In this document: positions 53,101-62,295 of the stretch, piece by piece
Layout of the letters: each line of letters opens with the position of its first letter
Numbering within the stretch: the first letter of the stretch is position 1
Assembly: GCA_000434335.1 (NCBI GenBank)
Contig: FR878223.1
Location: 4,420 to 68,419, forward strand
DNA: 64,000 bases
Source of the DNA: Clostridium sp. CAG:492
GTDB lineage: Bacteria; Bacillota; Clostridia; TANB77; CAG-508
Direction of reading: 5' to 3'
The notes under the pieces: model-generated
The model's input: the letters and a program-made list of their open reading frames with translations, nothing else
The model's database searches: none
Told to the model about the DNA's origin: nothing
Position numbers and translations under genes: made by a program

Positions 53101-53472
53101 TTAACAGGACAAACAAAAGTAAGTGAAAGAATTGAACTTGTAGATGAATTTAATGAAAATAATGATATAAAGGTATTTTTAATATCACTAAAAGCAGGTG
53201 GAACAGGACTAAACTTAATAGGTGCAGACATGGTTATACATTATGACCCTTGGTGGAATATCTCAGCAGAAAATCAAGCAACAGATAGAACATACAGAAT
53301 TGGACAAAAACGAAATGTTCAAGTATATAAATTGATAACTAAAAATTCTATAGAAGAAAAAATATATGAATTACAACAAAAGAAAGCAAAACTTGTGGAT
53401 AATATGTTATCAACAAATGAAACATTTATTAGTAAATTATCTAAAGATGAGATAATGGATTTATTTAAATAA
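50161..53472 (+). CDS. SWIM-zinc-finger / SNF2-family helicase (YwqA/RapA-like), 1103 aa
   Basis: N-terminal SWIM CxC...CxH (CTCKEYKSTYESCSHI), a long SNF2-associated middle region, then helicase motifs ILADDMGLGKT, DEAQYIKN and a C-terminal HELICc region (QATDRTYRIGQ). Confidence 0.9.
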   Translation: MLVSKDIINDLYNNISEEKLKLAKKYNDENKIKIIKATYDDNKNFELHAKANGHRDTHDIFVKALKNEIVDVKCTCKEYKSTYESCSHIIATILKFANSTEYSNIFEKQDKKDTRFYDRTNKYKTFNQIINTFYDELCAQEQETKTSAKITTDLIEIEPKIIYDTQNKEMSVEFKLGNGKNSYKIKNLITFYDTFLNEGTFKYGQKLEFKHTRSIFRNKDLKLLDFLLKYSEIIKYTNESIGQQRYYGKVMNESSIIISNTCLDEMFDVFDGEYIKIKKDYNEDKILFLNEAPDIKFILEEENEKEYKLYPNIDIYNYDVLYGKKYLYMIIEDVIYRCPMDFKNSILKLLELFKNNFTKEILFKKTDIPKLFSLVVPSIKKNLEVKNVNTEELEKYIPQELYVKVYLDSNESNFITADIKFGYKDFEFNPLIENKSIKIPRDVVKETKTLETFIQTGFMLDQQNGRLVLTDDEKIYNFLSEEIMYYMKNFEILATDAFKKKEIRHPKISNIGIKIENNLLKINLSEFNFSPSELAEIMEKYKLRKKYYKLTDGSFIDLEENETLDFLEKLNIDGSLNYEDLESGELDLPVYRTLYLDKLLKGTSMNVYKSKEYKDLINDIQNVNDEYIKIPKGLNATLRRYQEIGYKWLKTLDMYGLGGILADDMGLGKTLQVISLLLDYNENSDEKRTSMVVCPSSLALNWFNEINKFAPTLKTTVIAGNAEERKRLIQKLQDYDIIITSYDLLKRDVDTYTEINYEYKFIIADEAQYIKNNNTQNFKAIKKIKAQTKFALTGTPIENSLAELWSIFDFSMPGYLYSYRKFKESFETPIIKEEDTYKMSKLKMLIEPFILRRIKEEVLTELPEKTVTVLNSEMEEEQQKLYMSYMSKAREEVENELIASGFEKNQMKILALLMRLRQICCHPKLFIDNYDGGSGKLNQCMEIIKDAVQGNHKILLFSGYTSMFDIIEKELEKEDIKYFKLTGQTKVSERIELVDEFNENNDIKVFLISLKAGGTGLNLIGADMVIHYDPWWNISAENQATDRTYRIGQKRNVQVYKLITKNSIEEKIYELQQKKAKLVDNMLSTNETFISKLSKDEIMDLFK

Positions 53473-53528
53473 TTAAAAAATATAAAGATTAAATGCTTAC
53501 AAAGATGGGTGGTCAATAGGTTGTCAAT

Positions 53529-53626
53529 GGTTGTCAATGGGGACGGTTCTTTTTGACACATCCATTTTTTCGATATTAAAATTTTTAGTCATGATGTGTC
53601 AAAAAGAACCGTCCCCATTGACAACC
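53529..53626. repeat. 33-bp perfect inverted repeat with a 32-nt loop (REP/MITE-like palindromic element or very strong terminator)
   Basis: ggttgtcaatggggacggttctttttgacacat (53529-53561) is the exact reverse complement of 53594-53626. The left arm is preceded by tandem copies of the ttgtcaatgg motif (53511-53540). Confidence 0.9.
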
Positions 53627-53761
53627 TAATTTTGTTCATTTGGCTATAGTATAATGCTTTAACGAGGAAAAGTTTTCTACGTTGTTAAAGTTCTAACACT
53701 TGAATTATTTTAATTGCATGATATAATAAAAAACAATAATTTATGAAGGGATTAGAATTTT

Positions 53762-55129
53762 ATGAAAGATTATATAACAATAATAGGAGCAGGTCTTGCA
53801 GGGTCTGAAGCAGCATATCAAATTGCAAAAAAGGGAATTAATGTTAAATTATATGAAATGAAACCACAAAAGTTTTCTCCAGCACATTCAAATGAAAATT
53901 TTGCAGAAATAGTGTGTAGTAATTCTTTTAAATCAAATTTACATACAAATGCTTGTGGGTTATTAAAAGAAGAGCTAAGAATATTGGATTCATTACTTAT
54001 AAAGATTGCAGATGAAACAGCAGTACCAGCAGGTCAAGCATTAGCTGTTGATAGAGAGCTTTTTTCTAAAAGAGTAACAGAAAAAATAAAATCAATGCCA
54101 AATATTGAAATTATAAATGAAGAAATAGGAGATAAAGTTCATTTAAAAGATTTAGCGAAGGATGGTATAGTAATTATAGCTACAGGTCCGTTAACATCAG
54201 ATAAATTATCAGATGAAATATTACAAATAACAGGTGACAATGATTTACATTTTTATGATGCTGCTGCTCCAATTGTTTCAAAAGATTCAATAAATATGGA
54301 TATTGCCTTTTGGGGAGATCGATATGACCAAGAAAGAGCAAAAGAAGAAGATATTGAAGATTGGAAACAACGAATAAAAGATGTAAAAAAATCAGACTAT
54401 ATAAATTTGCCAATGAGCAAAGATGAGTATGAAAATTTTTGGAATGAGTTAGTAAATGCAGAAGTAGTTGAATTACATGAATTTGAAAAAAGAGAGATTT
54501 TTGAAGGTTGTATGCCACTAGAAGTTATGGCAAAACGCGGAATTGACACCTTAAGGTATGGACCATTAAAACCAGTAGGATTTACTGACCCTAGAACAGG
54601 TTATAGGCCATATGCTGTTGTTCAATTAAGACAAGACAATTCAGAAGGAACAATTTACAATATAGTAGGATTTCAAACAAATTTAAAATTCGGTGAACAA
54701 AAAAGAGTATTTAGTCAAATTCCAGGATTAGAAAATGCAGAGTTTGAAAAATATGGAGTTATGCACAGAAACACATATATAAATTCAACAAAGTTATTAG
54801 ATAATACTTACAACTTTAAACAAAATACTAATATATTTTTTGCAGGACAAATAACAGGTGTAGAAGGATATGTAGAATCAATATCATCAGGTCTTGTTTC
54901 AGCATTAAATGCAATTAACAAATTTAATAATATAAACACAAAAACAGAATTCAGTGAATTAACAATGATAGGAGCACTAGCAAAATATATATCAACACCA
55001 AACGAAAAATTTCAACCAATGAACGCAAATTTTGGTATATTACCACAATTAGATGAAAAAATAAGAGACAAAAAATTACGATACGAAAAACTAGCAGATA
55101 GGTCTTTATTGCAGTTCCAAAAATTGTAA
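53762..55129 (+). CDS. trmFO: Methylenetetrahydrofolate--tRNA-(uracil54-C5)-methyltransferase TrmFO (Gid)
   Basis: FAD motif IIGAGLAGSEAA, CSNSFKS. 455 aa. Confidence 0.95.
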   Translation: MKDYITIIGAGLAGSEAAYQIAKKGINVKLYEMKPQKFSPAHSNENFAEIVCSNSFKSNLHTNACGLLKEELRILDSLLIKIADETAVPAGQALAVDRELFSKRVTEKIKSMPNIEIINEEIGDKVHLKDLAKDGIVIIATGPLTSDKLSDEILQITGDNDLHFYDAAAPIVSKDSINMDIAFWGDRYDQERAKEEDIEDWKQRIKDVKKSDYINLPMSKDEYENFWNELVNAEVVELHEFEKREIFEGCMPLEVMAKRGIDTLRYGPLKPVGFTDPRTGYRPYAVVQLRQDNSEGTIYNIVGFQTNLKFGEQKRVFSQIPGLENAEFEKYGVMHRNTYINSTKLLDNTYNFKQNTNIFFAGQITGVEGYVESISSGLVSALNAINKFNNINTKTEFSELTMIGALAKYISTPNEKFQPMNANFGILPQLDEKIRDKKLRYEKLADRSLLQFQKL

Positions 55130-55204
55130 AAAAATGTAATTTGGGGATAGACAAATGGATTTTTTAATAATATAATAAAAAAAACAAAAGCGGAGGTTGA
55201 ACAA

Positions 55205-55420
55205 ATGGCAGATTTGAAATTTGAAATAATAAAAAAAATTGGAGTGCTATCAGAAACAGAAAAAGGATGGAAAAAGGAAATTAATTTAGTAAAATGGAAT
55301 GATTTTGCACCAAAATATGATCTTCGTGACTGGAACGAAGACCACACAAGAATGGGAAAAGGTATTACTTTAACAGAAGATGAATTGAATAAATTAAAAG
55401 AAACTTTAGAAAATATGTAA
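55205..55420 (+). CDS. YdbC-like / PC4-like ssDNA-binding small protein
   Basis: 71 aa. KFEIIKKIGVLSE..GWKKEINLVKWND..PKYDLRDW..H..MGKGITL matches my recollection of the YdbC (PC4-fold) family. Confidence 0.7.
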   Translation: MADLKFEIIKKIGVLSETEKGWKKEINLVKWNDFAPKYDLRDWNEDHTRMGKGITLTEDELNKLKETLENM

Positions 55421-55446
55421 TATATATAGAAAGAAAAGGTTGTAAA

Positions 55447-55701
55447 ATGGAAGAAAATTTTAAGGATATTTTAGATTCAATTAATACATTACATAAAAAA
55501 TATAGATCAAAAGAGTACTTAGAAACAATAGAGCATTTTAATAGAGACTCTAAAGATTTGGTAAAAATTCTTGAAAAGTATAAAGTTAATGAAAATAAAT
55601 CAAAAGAAAATAAAATAAAAAAGACTAAACAGAAAGTTAAGCTAAAAAAGAATTACGAAAAAAATAATCATATATATAAAAAAATAGAGGCTATATCATA
55701 G
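55447..55701 (+). CDS. Hypothetical Lys-rich small protein (84 aa)
   Basis: The ORF has a weak RBS and a low-complexity KxK tail. Its 3' end overlaps the convergent spoVB-like ORF end by 11 nt, inside a shared hairpin. Confidence 0.4.
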   Translation: MEENFKDILDSINTLHKKYRSKEYLETIEHFNRDSKDLVKILEKYKVNENKSKENKIKKTKQKVKLKKNYEKNNHIYKKIEAIS

Positions 55702-57079
55702 GCTCTATTTTTTTATATGTATGATTTTTGAAAACACAATTTTTTTTATGTGTTACAACAGAGCTCTTTAAAAAATTAAATTTTCTACAAAGAACAAACA
55801 AGCTTAGTAAAAAGTTAAAAATTTCGCTAAAATATAAAATAAATATATAAGAATTTATTCCAAATTGTGGTATTAAAAATTTAATAAATAAAATGCTAAT
55901 TAACAAATCAAAGATATTAATTATCATTACATATACTTGAAGGTTAAGGCTCTTTAATAGGCTATCTATAACACTATCCATATAAATATATACAATAATT
56001 GGTGAGAGTATTTTTATATAGAATTCAACTGATAATGTTTTATATAAATTATCATCAATCCAATGCGAAAAAACTATCAAAACGATCGTAGTGATAATAG
56101 AAAATATAAAAGTTAATATTAGACATTTTTTTGTTATCTTTATAATTTTATTCAAATCTGTATTAATATTATATTTTGAAAGTTTTGGTATCAATAAATT
56201 ACTATATGACTGTATAAATGTTAAAGGAAATAAAATTAAACTCATTACTGTGCTAGAAATTAAACCATAATAAGATAGAGCTTCATTATGTGATAAACCA
56301 TATTGTACTAAAGCGAGTGGAATTAAAGTATTTTTTAATGTAGAAAGGCCAGATTTTATATATGTAGTAAGTGCTACAGGTAATGAAATTTTGCATATTT
56401 CTTTAATAAAATTAGATTGAGAATTTGTGTTGGTAAAACTTTTTTTATAATCAATATTATAATAATAAATTAAGTATACAAATGAACAAATATCAGCAAT
56501 AACAGTACTTATTACAAGAACAAAGCATATTTGATAATTATTTGTGAAAAAATTATTATAATAAAAAAGCAAAATAATAGAAATTTGCATTAATATTTCA
56601 ATAACTTGTGAAATAATTACCGTTTTTATTTTTTCATATGCCATAAAATAACCATTTAAACATGATGATAAAGAGCAAAAAGGTAAAGCAATTGCTAATA
56701 TATATAACAAATTAATTGAAATAGTGTTATTTAAAATATTATTTGTAATATAAGGAGAAAATATTATCATAATAAAAATAGATAACAGGCTAAAAAAAAT
56801 ACAATATTTAAAACAGCTCTTGATTATATTATGAACATTTTTTGATTTATTAAAAGAATAATCTTCAGATACCAATCTAGTAGATGAAAGATTTATTCCA
56901 GACAAAGCTATTGTTAGAAAAAATGCAAATACAGATAATATAATTCCAAATGTACCTAATAAGGAGCTACTTATTTTATTAGATAAAAATATGTTAAATA
57001 AAACAGCAATTAAACGTAAAAATAAAGTTGAAATAGTAAGAATTAAACCATTTTTTATAAAGGTATTTATCTTTTTCAT
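55691..57079 (-). CDS. spoVB: MOP-superfamily flippase (stage V sporulation protein B / MurJ-like)
   Basis: About 462 aa with 12-14 TM helices. RBS ggagga precedes the ATG at 57079 (MKKINTFIKNGL...). The track start at 57157 is an extension. Confidence 0.75.
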   Translation of the reverse strand: MKKINTFIKNGLILTISTLFLRLIAVLFNIFLSNKISSSLLGTFGIILSVFAFFLTIALSGINLSSTRLVSEDYSFNKSKNVHNIIKSCFKYCIFFSLLSIFIMIIFSPYITNNILNNTISINLLYILAIALPFCSLSSCLNGYFMAYEKIKTVIISQVIEILMQISIILLFYYNNFFTNNYQICFVLVISTVIADICSFVYLIYYYNIDYKKSFTNTNSQSNFIKEICKISLPVALTTYIKSGLSTLKNTLIPLALVQYGLSHNEALSYYGLISSTVMSLILFPLTFIQSYSNLLIPKLSKYNINTDLNKIIKITKKCLILTFIFSIITTIVLIVFSHWIDDNLYKTLSVEFYIKILSPIIVYIYMDSVIDSLLKSLNLQVYVMIINIFDLLISILFIKFLIPQFGINSYIFILYFSEIFNFLLSLFVLCRKFNFLKSSVVTHKKNCVFKNHTYKKIEPMI

Positions 57080-57160
57080 TAAGTCCTCCATATATACTAA
57101 TAATAAGAATATATGTGGGTCAAAATAAAGTATTCGAAAAAAAATAATAAAAAACAAAAA

Positions 57161-57182
57161 AGCACTTTTTCAAGTGCTTTTT
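57161..57182. terminator. Orphan terminator-like hairpin in the divergent spoVB-murA region
   Basis: agcactt (57161-57167) pairs with aagtgct (57172-57178). It is flanked by an A-run on one side and T's on the other, so it is usable on either strand. Confidence 0.4.
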
Positions 57183-57384
57183 CTGAAAATAAAAGGGGAT
57201 GTTGTATTGTTAGTAACTGGAGTAAAATTTGTTACTAACATTATAAATAATATAACAATGAATTTTGTCCATATTGTGAACTCAAAGTGTTTTGTATGAA
57301 AAATATAAATTGAATATCAAAATCTCACACCTTCTAAAAATCTACATAATATATAACATAAACATTATGAAGGGAGTGTAAATA

Positions 57385-58641
57385 ATGAAATCTTACATAA
57401 TTGAAGGTGGAAAAAAATTAGAAGGAACTGTAAAAATAAGTGGTTCAAAAAATGCTTCATTACCAATATTAGCTGCAACAATATTAAGTGAAAAAACAAA
57501 TAAATTGTATAATGTACCACAAATAAAAGATACTAAAACAACTTTGGAAATTCTAAAACTTTTGGGTTGCAAAATCAAGCAAAATAGTGGTAAAATAGAG
57601 ATTAATTCAAAACATATAACAAAAACAGAAATACCAGAACATCTAATGAGAGAAATGAGATCAACAGTTATTATGGCAGGTGCATTATTAGGGAGGTTTA
57701 AAGAAGTAACATTTTCATATCCAGGAGGTTGTGATATTGGATCAAGACCAATCGATTTACACATAAATGCTTTTAAAAAACTTGGAGTAGAAATTACAGA
57801 AGAGGCAGGATTTATTAAGTGTAAAGCGAATAAAATAATTGGTACTAATATTGATTTAGATTTTCCAAGTGTTGGAGCAACAGAAAATATAATTTTAGCT
57901 ACAGTATTGTCGACAGGAACTACAACAATAAATAATGCAGCAATGGAACCAGAAATAATTGATATGGTACAATTTTTGAAAAAAATGGGAGCTAAAATAC
58001 AAGGAGAAGGAACAAACCAAATTATAATTGATGGTGTTGAAAAATTATCAGGAGTAAGCTATAATATAATGCCAGATAGAATTGAAGCTGGTACTATTTT
58101 ATGTGCAGTGGCTGCTACAGGAGGAAATGTAACATTAGATAATGTAATGCCAGAGCATTTAACTGCAGTAATAAACAAATTAGAAGAAACTGGATGCAAA
58201 ATAGAAATAAATAATAAAAAAATAACTTTAAATGCACCAAAAAAATTGAAATCAATTGATATAAAAACAATGACATATCCAGGATTCCCAACAGATTTAC
58301 AACAAATTTTTGCGACGATGTTAGTAAAGGCAAGTGGAACATCAATAATTGTAGAAAATATTTTCGAAAGTAGATATAAATATATTTCTGAACTTAGAAA
58401 AATGGGCGCAAAAGTTACTGTAGAAGGAAAAACAGCTATAATTAAAGGAACAAGAAAAATAAATGCAACAACTGTAGTATGCACAGATTTAAGAGGCGGT
58501 GCAGCTCTTGTAATTGCTGGATTAATGGCAAAAGGTAAATCTAGAGTTGAAAATATAGGATATATACAAAGAGGATACGAAAACCTAGAAAATAAGTTAG
58601 GTAGTTTAGGTGCAAAGATAAAACTAGAAGAATCTAATTAA
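57385..58641 (+). CDS. murA: UDP-N-acetylglucosamine 1-carboxyvinyltransferase
   Basis: GSKNASLPILAA, catalytic Cys context YPGGCDIGSRPID. 418 aa. Confidence 0.96.
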   Translation: MKSYIIEGGKKLEGTVKISGSKNASLPILAATILSEKTNKLYNVPQIKDTKTTLEILKLLGCKIKQNSGKIEINSKHITKTEIPEHLMREMRSTVIMAGALLGRFKEVTFSYPGGCDIGSRPIDLHINAFKKLGVEITEEAGFIKCKANKIIGTNIDLDFPSVGATENIILATVLSTGTTTINNAAMEPEIIDMVQFLKKMGAKIQGEGTNQIIIDGVEKLSGVSYNIMPDRIEAGTILCAVAATGGNVTLDNVMPEHLTAVINKLEETGCKIEINNKKITLNAPKKLKSIDIKTMTYPGFPTDLQQIFATMLVKASGTSIIVENIFESRYKYISELRKMGAKVTVEGKTAIIKGTRKINATTVVCTDLRGGAALVIAGLMAKGKSRVENIGYIQRGYENLENKLGSLGAKIKLEESN

Positions 58642-58678
58642 TAAGTTTAATTAATATTTTAGGGAGGGAAGTTAGTAA

Positions 58679-59659
58679 ATGGCAAAAAGTAATAAAAAAA
58701 GAGCGATAGTTTATTCTAATGTAAAGAAAAATAAAAAAAGAGCAGAAGAAATAACTAAAATTAAAGATGAACATATAAATTTAAATGATGAAATAATAAT
58801 AGGAATGTCAAGTCAAGTTCCAAAAAAAAGTAGTGCAAAAAGTAAAAAAAATTCGGAAAAGAAAAATAAAAAGCCACATAATAACAACCCTCAAAAAAAT
58901 AATAAAAAGGTAAATAATGTAAAGAAAAAGAAAATAATTATTAGCTTTTTATTTCTTATTATAATTATATTAATTGTAGTAGGAATAATTTGTTTTATGA
59001 AATCTTCGTTTTTTAATATAAATAAAATTAATGTAAAAATAGAAAATAATAAAATACTTACTGAAGCGGAGATAAAAGATTTATCTACAATAAATATTGG
59101 ACAAAATATATATTCAATAAATAAAAAGGATATTATAAACAGCATAAAAAATAACTCATATGTAGAAAATGTAAAAATTAAAAGAAAACTTCCTAATGCA
59201 ATAGAAATACAAATTGAAGAGCGTACACCCAAATATCAACTAAAAAGTGATAGTCAATATATATATATTGATGAACAAGGATACATATTAGAAGTAAATT
59301 CAGATGCAAAAGATTTAACTACAATAGTTGGATATCAAACAACTGATTTTACAATTGGAAATAAAATTGAAGAAAGTGATATAGAAAAAATTAACAATAT
59401 ACCACAAATAATACAAGAACTTGAAAAAAATAATTTGCTAAATGAACTTACAAGCATTGATATAAAAGACAAAAATGATTATATAGTTAATTTTGAAAAT
59501 TTGCACAAGGTAGCACATTTAGGAAATATGACATCATTAAATGAAAAAATGAATTTTGTAAAAGAAATTATGTCTAAAGAGCAAGATTATGAAGGTGAAG
59601 TTTTTGTTAATGTTGATTTAAATAACGGAGAGTATCCATATTTTAGAGAAAAAGTATAA
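58679..59659 (+). CDS. divIB: Cell division protein FtsQ/DivIB
   Basis: Lys-rich cytoplasmic tail, one TM helix, and a POTRA domain (FNINKINVKIENNKILTEAEI...LPNAIEIQIEERTP). Confidence 0.85.
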   Translation: MAKSNKKRAIVYSNVKKNKKRAEEITKIKDEHINLNDEIIIGMSSQVPKKSSAKSKKNSEKKNKKPHNNNPQKNNKKVNNVKKKKIIISFLFLIIIILIVVGIICFMKSSFFNINKINVKIENNKILTEAEIKDLSTINIGQNIYSINKKDIINSIKNNSYVENVKIKRKLPNAIEIQIEERTPKYQLKSDSQYIYIDEQGYILEVNSDAKDLTTIVGYQTTDFTIGNKIEESDIEKINNIPQIIQELEKNNLLNELTSIDIKDKNDYIVNFENLHKVAHLGNMTSLNEKMNFVKEIMSKEQDYEGEVFVNVDLNNGEYPYFREKV

Positions 59660-59669
59660 AGGAGAATAT

Positions 59670-60332
59670 ATGAAAAAATTTGGAAAAGCATTAGTATTTG
59701 GAATATTATGTTTAATTTTAACATTTGCAATAACTGTGCAATTAAGAGTTTCTAGTTTAAGTGAATCAGAGTCTTCTCAAACTAAAATTACAGATAAACT
59801 AAAAGATGAAATTTTTAGATTAAACGATGAAAACGTAAAATTGGCAGAAAAATTTCAAAATACGACAAGTGAACTTGATGATGCCAGAAATCAAGCTGCA
59901 CAAAATGATTCATCGTCAAAAGACACAAGTGAATTAATAAAAAAATATACAATAGTTTCTGGAAAAACAGATGTAACTGGTCAAGGTATTATAATAAAGT
60001 ATAAGCCTAGTGATAATGAAGCGAAAGCTGATATGGTAAAAGATTTAAGAGATATAGTGAACGAAATTAAAAATGCGGGGGCAGAAGCAATTGAAATAAA
60101 TAATCAAAGAATAGTTGGAACAACAGCAATAGAGATGGTAAAAAATAAAATAGAAATAAATGATACAGAAGTTTCAGAAAATTTTATAATAAAAGCAATT
60201 GGTGACTCTAATCTTATGTATAGTGGATTAATTAGACCAGGAGGTACAATAGAAAATATAAGAGAGTCAGGTGTAAGTATTGAAATAAATTCAGAAAATA
60301 CTATAAAAATTAATAAATACAATGAAATATAA
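59670..60332 (+). CDS. DUF881 protein (YlxW/YlxX-like), paralogue 1
   Basis: N-terminal TM, coiled coil, GQGIII..., IKNAGAEAIEINNQRIV. Confidence 0.8.
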   Translation: MKKFGKALVFGILCLILTFAITVQLRVSSLSESESSQTKITDKLKDEIFRLNDENVKLAEKFQNTTSELDDARNQAAQNDSSSKDTSELIKKYTIVSGKTDVTGQGIIIKYKPSDNEAKADMVKDLRDIVNEIKNAGAEAIEINNQRIVGTTAIEMVKNKIEINDTEVSENFIIKAIGDSNLMYSGLIRPGGTIENIRESGVSIEINSENTIKINKYNEI

Positions 60333-60353
60333 ACTGCAAGAAAGGAGATTTTA

Positions 60354-61043
60354 ATGAAAAAGATAAAACCTGTAATAACTTTAGGAATTTTATCAATGAT
60401 TTTAACAGTTGGAATTAGTGTGCAATTAAAAACAATTAAAGCAGCAGATATAAGTGGAACAATACAATTAACAGATAGCAATTTAAAAAAATCATTATTA
60501 CAAACTAAAACGAATTATGAAGATTCAGTAAAAAAATTAGCTGATACAGATAAAGAGCTTGAAAACTTAAGAAATAATGTGTTAAATATAGAATCAGATG
60601 TAGAAACACAAGAAAAAATAAAAAAATATGAAATTATTTTAGGCTTAACAAAAGTTCAAGGTGAAGGTGTTACAATAACTGTAGCTGATAACAATGAGCA
60701 AAAAGATAACAGTTCTTTTGCAAGTATAAATAATTCTAATTATTTAGTTCACGATGGTAATTTAGTTGCAATAATAAATGAATTAAAAATTGCAGGAGCT
60801 GAAGCAATTTCAATAAATGGAAAAAGAATAGTTAATTCAACAAGTATTAATTGTGCTGGAAATGTAATACAAATAAATGGAGAAAAAGTTGGAAGTCCGT
60901 TTGTAATTAATGCAATTGGAGATAAAGATTTATTATATGGAGAATTAACAAAAAATGGTGGAACATTATATAAATTAAAAAAATATGGAGTGTTGACTAG
61001 CATAAAAAAGGCAGATTCTATTGAAATTGATAAAGAAATATAA
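60354..61043 (+). CDS. DUF881 protein, paralogue 2
   Basis: Same architecture: GEGVTITV, LKIAGAEAISINGKRIV. Confidence 0.8.
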   Translation: MKKIKPVITLGILSMILTVGISVQLKTIKAADISGTIQLTDSNLKKSLLQTKTNYEDSVKKLADTDKELENLRNNVLNIESDVETQEKIKKYEIILGLTKVQGEGVTITVADNNEQKDNSSFASINNSNYLVHDGNLVAIINELKIAGAEAISINGKRIVNSTSINCAGNVIQINGEKVGSPFVINAIGDKDLLYGELTKNGGTLYKLKKYGVLTSIKKADSIEIDKEI

Positions 61044-61085
61044 TAATCTATTTAATAAAAATTTATGAAAGGATTTGGGTTTAAA

Positions 61086-61793
61086 ATGGGAAAGAATAAA
61101 GTTGTAATTTCAATAGTTTTTGGAATTATCGCAATGTTTCTTGTGGTAATAATGAGCATACAGTTTAAAACAATAAATCAAACAGATATAACTAGCTTAG
61201 AAAGTATGCAAGAAGAAGAGCTACGAAATCAAATTGTTGAATTAAAAGAAAAAAATGATGAAATTCAAAATAAAATTTCAGAAAATGAAGAAAAAATAAA
61301 AGAATATAAAGAAACTTTAAATAATAATCAAAAAGCTTCTGAAGTATTAAATAATGAATTGCATGAATATGAAGAAACTATAGGATTAACAGATGTAACA
61401 GGAGAAGGTGTTGTATTAACTCTTACAGATACAGGAGATCAATCTTACAGTTATAGCAATTTAGTAGATTTTGTTAATGAATTAAAGTATGCTGGAGCAA
61501 CAGCAATTTCAATAAATGATAATAGAGTAATAAATTCAACAGAAATTGTAGAAATATCTAAAAAATATATATTACTAAATGGGGATCAAAGAATTTCATC
61601 TCCATATACAATAAAAGCAATTGGAGATAAGAAAAAATTATTAGAAACATTAAATCTAAAAGATGAAGGTTATATTGACTTATATAAAAATGCGGGATAT
61701 GATATTAAAATTGAAGAAAATGACAATATAACAATTTATAAATACAATAAAGATATAGATTTAAAATATATAGATAAAGGAGAAGATAAATAA
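61086..61793 (+). CDS. DUF881 protein, paralogue 3
   Basis: Same architecture: GEGVVLTL, LKYAGATAISINDNRVI. The start is 61086 or 61065. Confidence 0.8.
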   Translation: MGKNKVVISIVFGIIAMFLVVIMSIQFKTINQTDITSLESMQEEELRNQIVELKEKNDEIQNKISENEEKIKEYKETLNNNQKASEVLNNELHEYEETIGLTDVTGEGVVLTLTDTGDQSYSYSNLVDFVNELKYAGATAISINDNRVINSTEIVEISKKYILLNGDQRISSPYTIKAIGDKKKLLETLNLKDEGYIDLYKNAGYDIKIEENDNITIYKYNKDIDLKYIDKGEDK

Positions 61794-62176
61794 TGGTATA
61801 TATAGCAATTATAGTAGGTTGTGTAATAGGTGCTTTAATAGGAAATTTTGCACCAATAATATCATATACATATTCAGAATATTTAGCAATTGCAATAGTT
61901 GCAGCTCTAGATACAATATTTGGAGGTGTTGTTGCATCAATAAAAAAGAATTTTGATATGGGAGTATTTATTTCTGGTTTTTTAGGAAATGCTATATTAT
62001 CAATATTATTAACATATTTAGGTGCAAGATTAAATGTTGATATATACTTAGCAGCAATATTTGTTTTTGTAGGAAGAATATTCTTTAATTTAGGAGTAAT
62101 ACGTAGATATTACCTAGAAAAGTGTACAAATTTTTTCAAAGCAAAAAAGAGCAAAAAAACAGAAAAAGCAAAATGA
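61793..62176 (+). CDS. sbp: Small basic protein Sbp (DUF1290)
   Basis: SEYLAIAIVAALDTIFGG...VFISGFLGN...GVIRR is colinear with B. subtilis Sbp as I remember it. The start overlaps the upstream stop. Confidence 0.85.
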   Translation: MVYIAIIVGCVIGALIGNFAPIISYTYSEYLAIAIVAALDTIFGGVVASIKKNFDMGVFISGFLGNAILSILLTYLGARLNVDIYLAAIFVFVGRIFFNLGVIRRYYLEKCTNFFKAKKSKKTEKAK

Positions 62177-62295
62177 GATATATTTAGGCGACAGTATTAC
62201 AAAAATATTACGGTATTATTACAAAAATATAACAATTAGTATTGACATTTTGGCGGAAATATAATATTCTTATGGATATATAAAAAGAGTTATAG

